A stretch of 64,000 nt of DNA, taken from Basidiobolus meristosporus CBS 931.73. Its lineage: Eukaryota > Fungi > Basidiobolomycota. Below, piece after piece: positions 62,162 through 64,000 of the stretch (the stretch's first letter is position 1; every line of letters begins with the position of its first letter). The notes under the pieces were generated by a model that made no database searches, had not been told where the DNA came from, and saw only the letters and a program-made list of their open reading frames with translations. The stretch covers positions 14,268 through 78,267 of the forward strand of contig MCFE01000418.1 in the NCBI GenBank assembly GCA_002104905.1, in the 5' to 3' direction. The translations under genes and the position numbers were made by a program.

Positions 62162-62701
62162 GGTTAGGGGGAGAGGGTTAGGGGAGGAAAGTCACCAAGT
62201 GGTGAAATCTTTATTTACTTATGACAAGTATCTAAAGAAGCCAAGTTAATCTGAAGTAATTCCTAGAAAGCTAGGTCTGAGAGATATCTTCCTGGTAAGC
62301 CAGGTCTGAGAGTTGAGAAGCTGAGTGGTACTATATTTCCTAGTTAGCTAGGTCTGAGAGAGGTTTCCTGGAAAGCCAGGCCTGAGAAGTGAGAATCTGA
62401 ATATATCTGAGCTAAGTTATACTGGTTTGCGGTAGCTGAATTGTGGCCGGAATGGCCAGTAGACTGGGGGAACTGAGATGAAATTCTGGGCGATCACTGG
62501 CCATATTTACTAGGCAAATCTGGCCAATTAGCATTTCAAGGATTTCAGCCAATCAGAGCCTTTACTTTGCCCGATGGTTGATCAAGCCATCTCCCAATGA
62601 GCACACATCAATTTATTAATCAAATTTTGTTGGATCCAGGATTTGAACCCACAACCATGGGTATGAAAGGGTTAGGGATAACCACAAGGCTAAGTGTTCT
62701 T
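62162..62701 (-). mobile_element. tRNA-type SINE-like telomeric unit, copy 2
   Basis: Near-identical to copy 1 at exactly 540-bp offset (B-box 62649-62639). Confidence 0.8.
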
Positions 62702-63775
62702 GGTTAGGGGGGATGATAATCACCACAGGGTGAAATCTTTATTTAAATTGTAAATAAAGAAGCCAAGTTTGAATATGAATATCTGAGATAAAGTAAGCCT
62801 ACAAGATAAACTTGGACTTTGCTGTATCCCAGATATCCTCAATATCAAAGTTTAGAGGAGAATGTAGCAAAACTGCTTGTTCACTGTAGTATTTCTTGAG
62901 GAAGTTTGTGACTTGAAGGGAAGGAGAGTTTTTCAACAAGCTGGTAAACCTTTTGAGGAGTTCTTTTTCCAGAGAGAATGGTACAAAGAGTGGAATGTCT
63001 AAATGATGTCTGAATAAATGCTCTGAGAGCTCCCAATCCAGCATATTTTTGACTTCCTCTGTAAAATCTTCCACAATATCTTTGTCAAGAATGACTTCCA
63101 AGAGATCCCTGGCAATGTACTGAATGTTAATAATCTTGGGCATATGAATACCTAGGTCCTTGAGGTAGTTTCTTTGTTCTGAAATTGGAAGATAGCCAGC
63201 ATTTCTGAAATAGCAAACAGCCCAATTGGCAGTGGGAGGAGTATCAGGGCTGACAGGAAATCTTCTTCTGGCTTTAGGGTGCACTGGCTTAGGTGGCTGT
63301 CTTATTGGGAGAACAGTGGACTTTGGATGAGCTTGAAGTGCTTGGGAGTATGTCTGAGTATGAATGGCAGGAGTTGCTGGTTGCTGACAGTGTTCAGATT
63401 GACTGGAAGAAGTGCTGGTTGAGGGGTTGCAAGGTAAGGAAGTAGCTGAAAGAGAAGTAGAGAGTGCTGGGTGAAGTTCAGAGAGAGTTTTGAAAAGAAC
63501 CTGGATCTGAGATTTCAACATTGAGTTTTCAGCTTCAAGAAGAGAAACTCTTTGTTCAAGGTAAGAAGTCTGTAAAGAGTGAAAGTTGGGTAAAGACATG
63601 GAAGAAGTAGATAATAAGAAGAAAAGAGTAGTTGGGGTGGGAGGGAGGGAAAATAGTTAAGAAGAAAAGAGAGGAAAGATCTGAAATTGAAAATCTCAGA
63701 ATTTATAGATGGATGGACAAGGGTAAAGGATAGATTAATCCAGGGTTAGGGAAAAATAGTTAAGAAGAAAAGAGA
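62702..63775 (-). mobile_element. ORF1-only telomeric retro-unit, family B, directly capped by the telomere
   Basis: Shared 3' tail variant (ATAATCACC-ACAG-GGTGAAATCTTTATT), one ORF, purine-rich 5' region. Confidence 0.87.
62799..63599 (-). CDS. ORF1/Gag-like protein (266 aa)
   Basis: Intact ATG-to-stop ORF. N-terminal coiled coil, TYSQAL, WAVCYFRN...KIINIQYI...NSPSLQVTNFLK...IWDTA. Homologous to 57618-58340 and to the LINE ORF1 tail. Confidence 0.85.
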   Translation of the reverse strand: MSLPNFHSLQTSYLEQRVSLLEAENSMLKSQIQVLFKTLSELHPALSTSLSATSLPCNPSTSTSSSQSEHCQQPATPAIHTQTYSQALQAHPKSTVLPIRQPPKPVHPKARRRFPVSPDTPPTANWAVCYFRNAGYLPISEQRNYLKDLGIHMPKIINIQYIARDLLEVILDKDIVEDFTEEVKNMLDWELSEHLFRHHLDIPLFVPFSLEKELLKRFTSLLKNSPSLQVTNFLKKYYSEQAVLLHSPLNFDIEDIWDTAKSKFIL

Positions 63776-64000
63776 GGGTTAGGGTTAGGGTTAGGGTTAG
63801 GGTTAGGGTTAGGGTTAGGGTTAGGGTTAGTAGGGTTAGGGTTAGGGTTAGGGTTAGGGTTAGGGTTAGGGTTAGGGTTAGGGTTAGGGTTAGGGTTAGG
63901 GTTAGGGTTAGGGTTAGGGTTAGGGTTAGGGTTAGGGTTAGGGTTAGGGTTAGGGTTAGGGTTAGGGTTAGGGTTAGGGTTAGGGTTAGGGTTAGGGTTA
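63776..64000 (+). repeat. Telomeric (TTAGGG)n tract
   Basis: About 37 repeats running to the window end, with one variant (gggttagtagggttagg) near 63830. The G-rich strand points to the end, as expected for a right chromosome end. Confidence 0.99.

Noticed and set aside
61628-62701. CRISPR-like or simple satellite reading of the 540-bp tandem and its internal repeats
   Set aside because: Eukaryotic context, no unique spacers and no cas genes. The repeats are better explained as SINE copies with internal hairpins.

Overview
Right-hand end of a chromosome from an intron-containing fungus, ending in a (TTAGGG)n telomere at 63776-64000. The gene set (muskelin, NudE, PI-PLC, many small secreted proteins, 55-70 bp introns) suggests an early-diverging fungus, possibly Basidiobolus-like; this is inference. 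The window has four zones. (i) 1-17.6 kb: a nest of decayed TEs, including a Ty3/Gypsy element split by a two-ORF DDE_Tnp_4 DNA transposon with a 4-bp ATAT TSD, CACTA/EnSpm remnants and nested solo LTRs. (ii) 17.6-41 kb: a GC-richer gene island with 3 Gly-rich secreted paralogs, PDB1, PLC1, an SDR, NudE, muskelin, PUS3/DEG1, DUF1764, RPS26 and orphans. (iii) 41-56.5 kb: a near-intact but chimeric Ty1/Copia, more TE debris, a TTP-like tandem CCCH gene, a pseudogenised secreted protein and a probable actinobacterial HGT gene. (iv) 56580-63775: a polar head-to-tail array of telomere-attached retro-units, which is the most striking feature. It holds an APE-RT LINE whose ORF2 lies in frame behind a UGA-CUA stop, two divergent ORF1-only units and a ~540-bp tRNA-type (A/B-box) SINE. 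All units end in the same 3' signature (GGCTTCTTT...AATAAA-GAT-TTCACC-loop-GGTGA-C-rich-CCTAA) and are joined through short TTAGG(G) seeds. This looks like a HeT-A/TART-like consortium sitting beneath a canonical TTAGGG telomere. All coordinates, alignments and identities were read by eye; no database searches were run.
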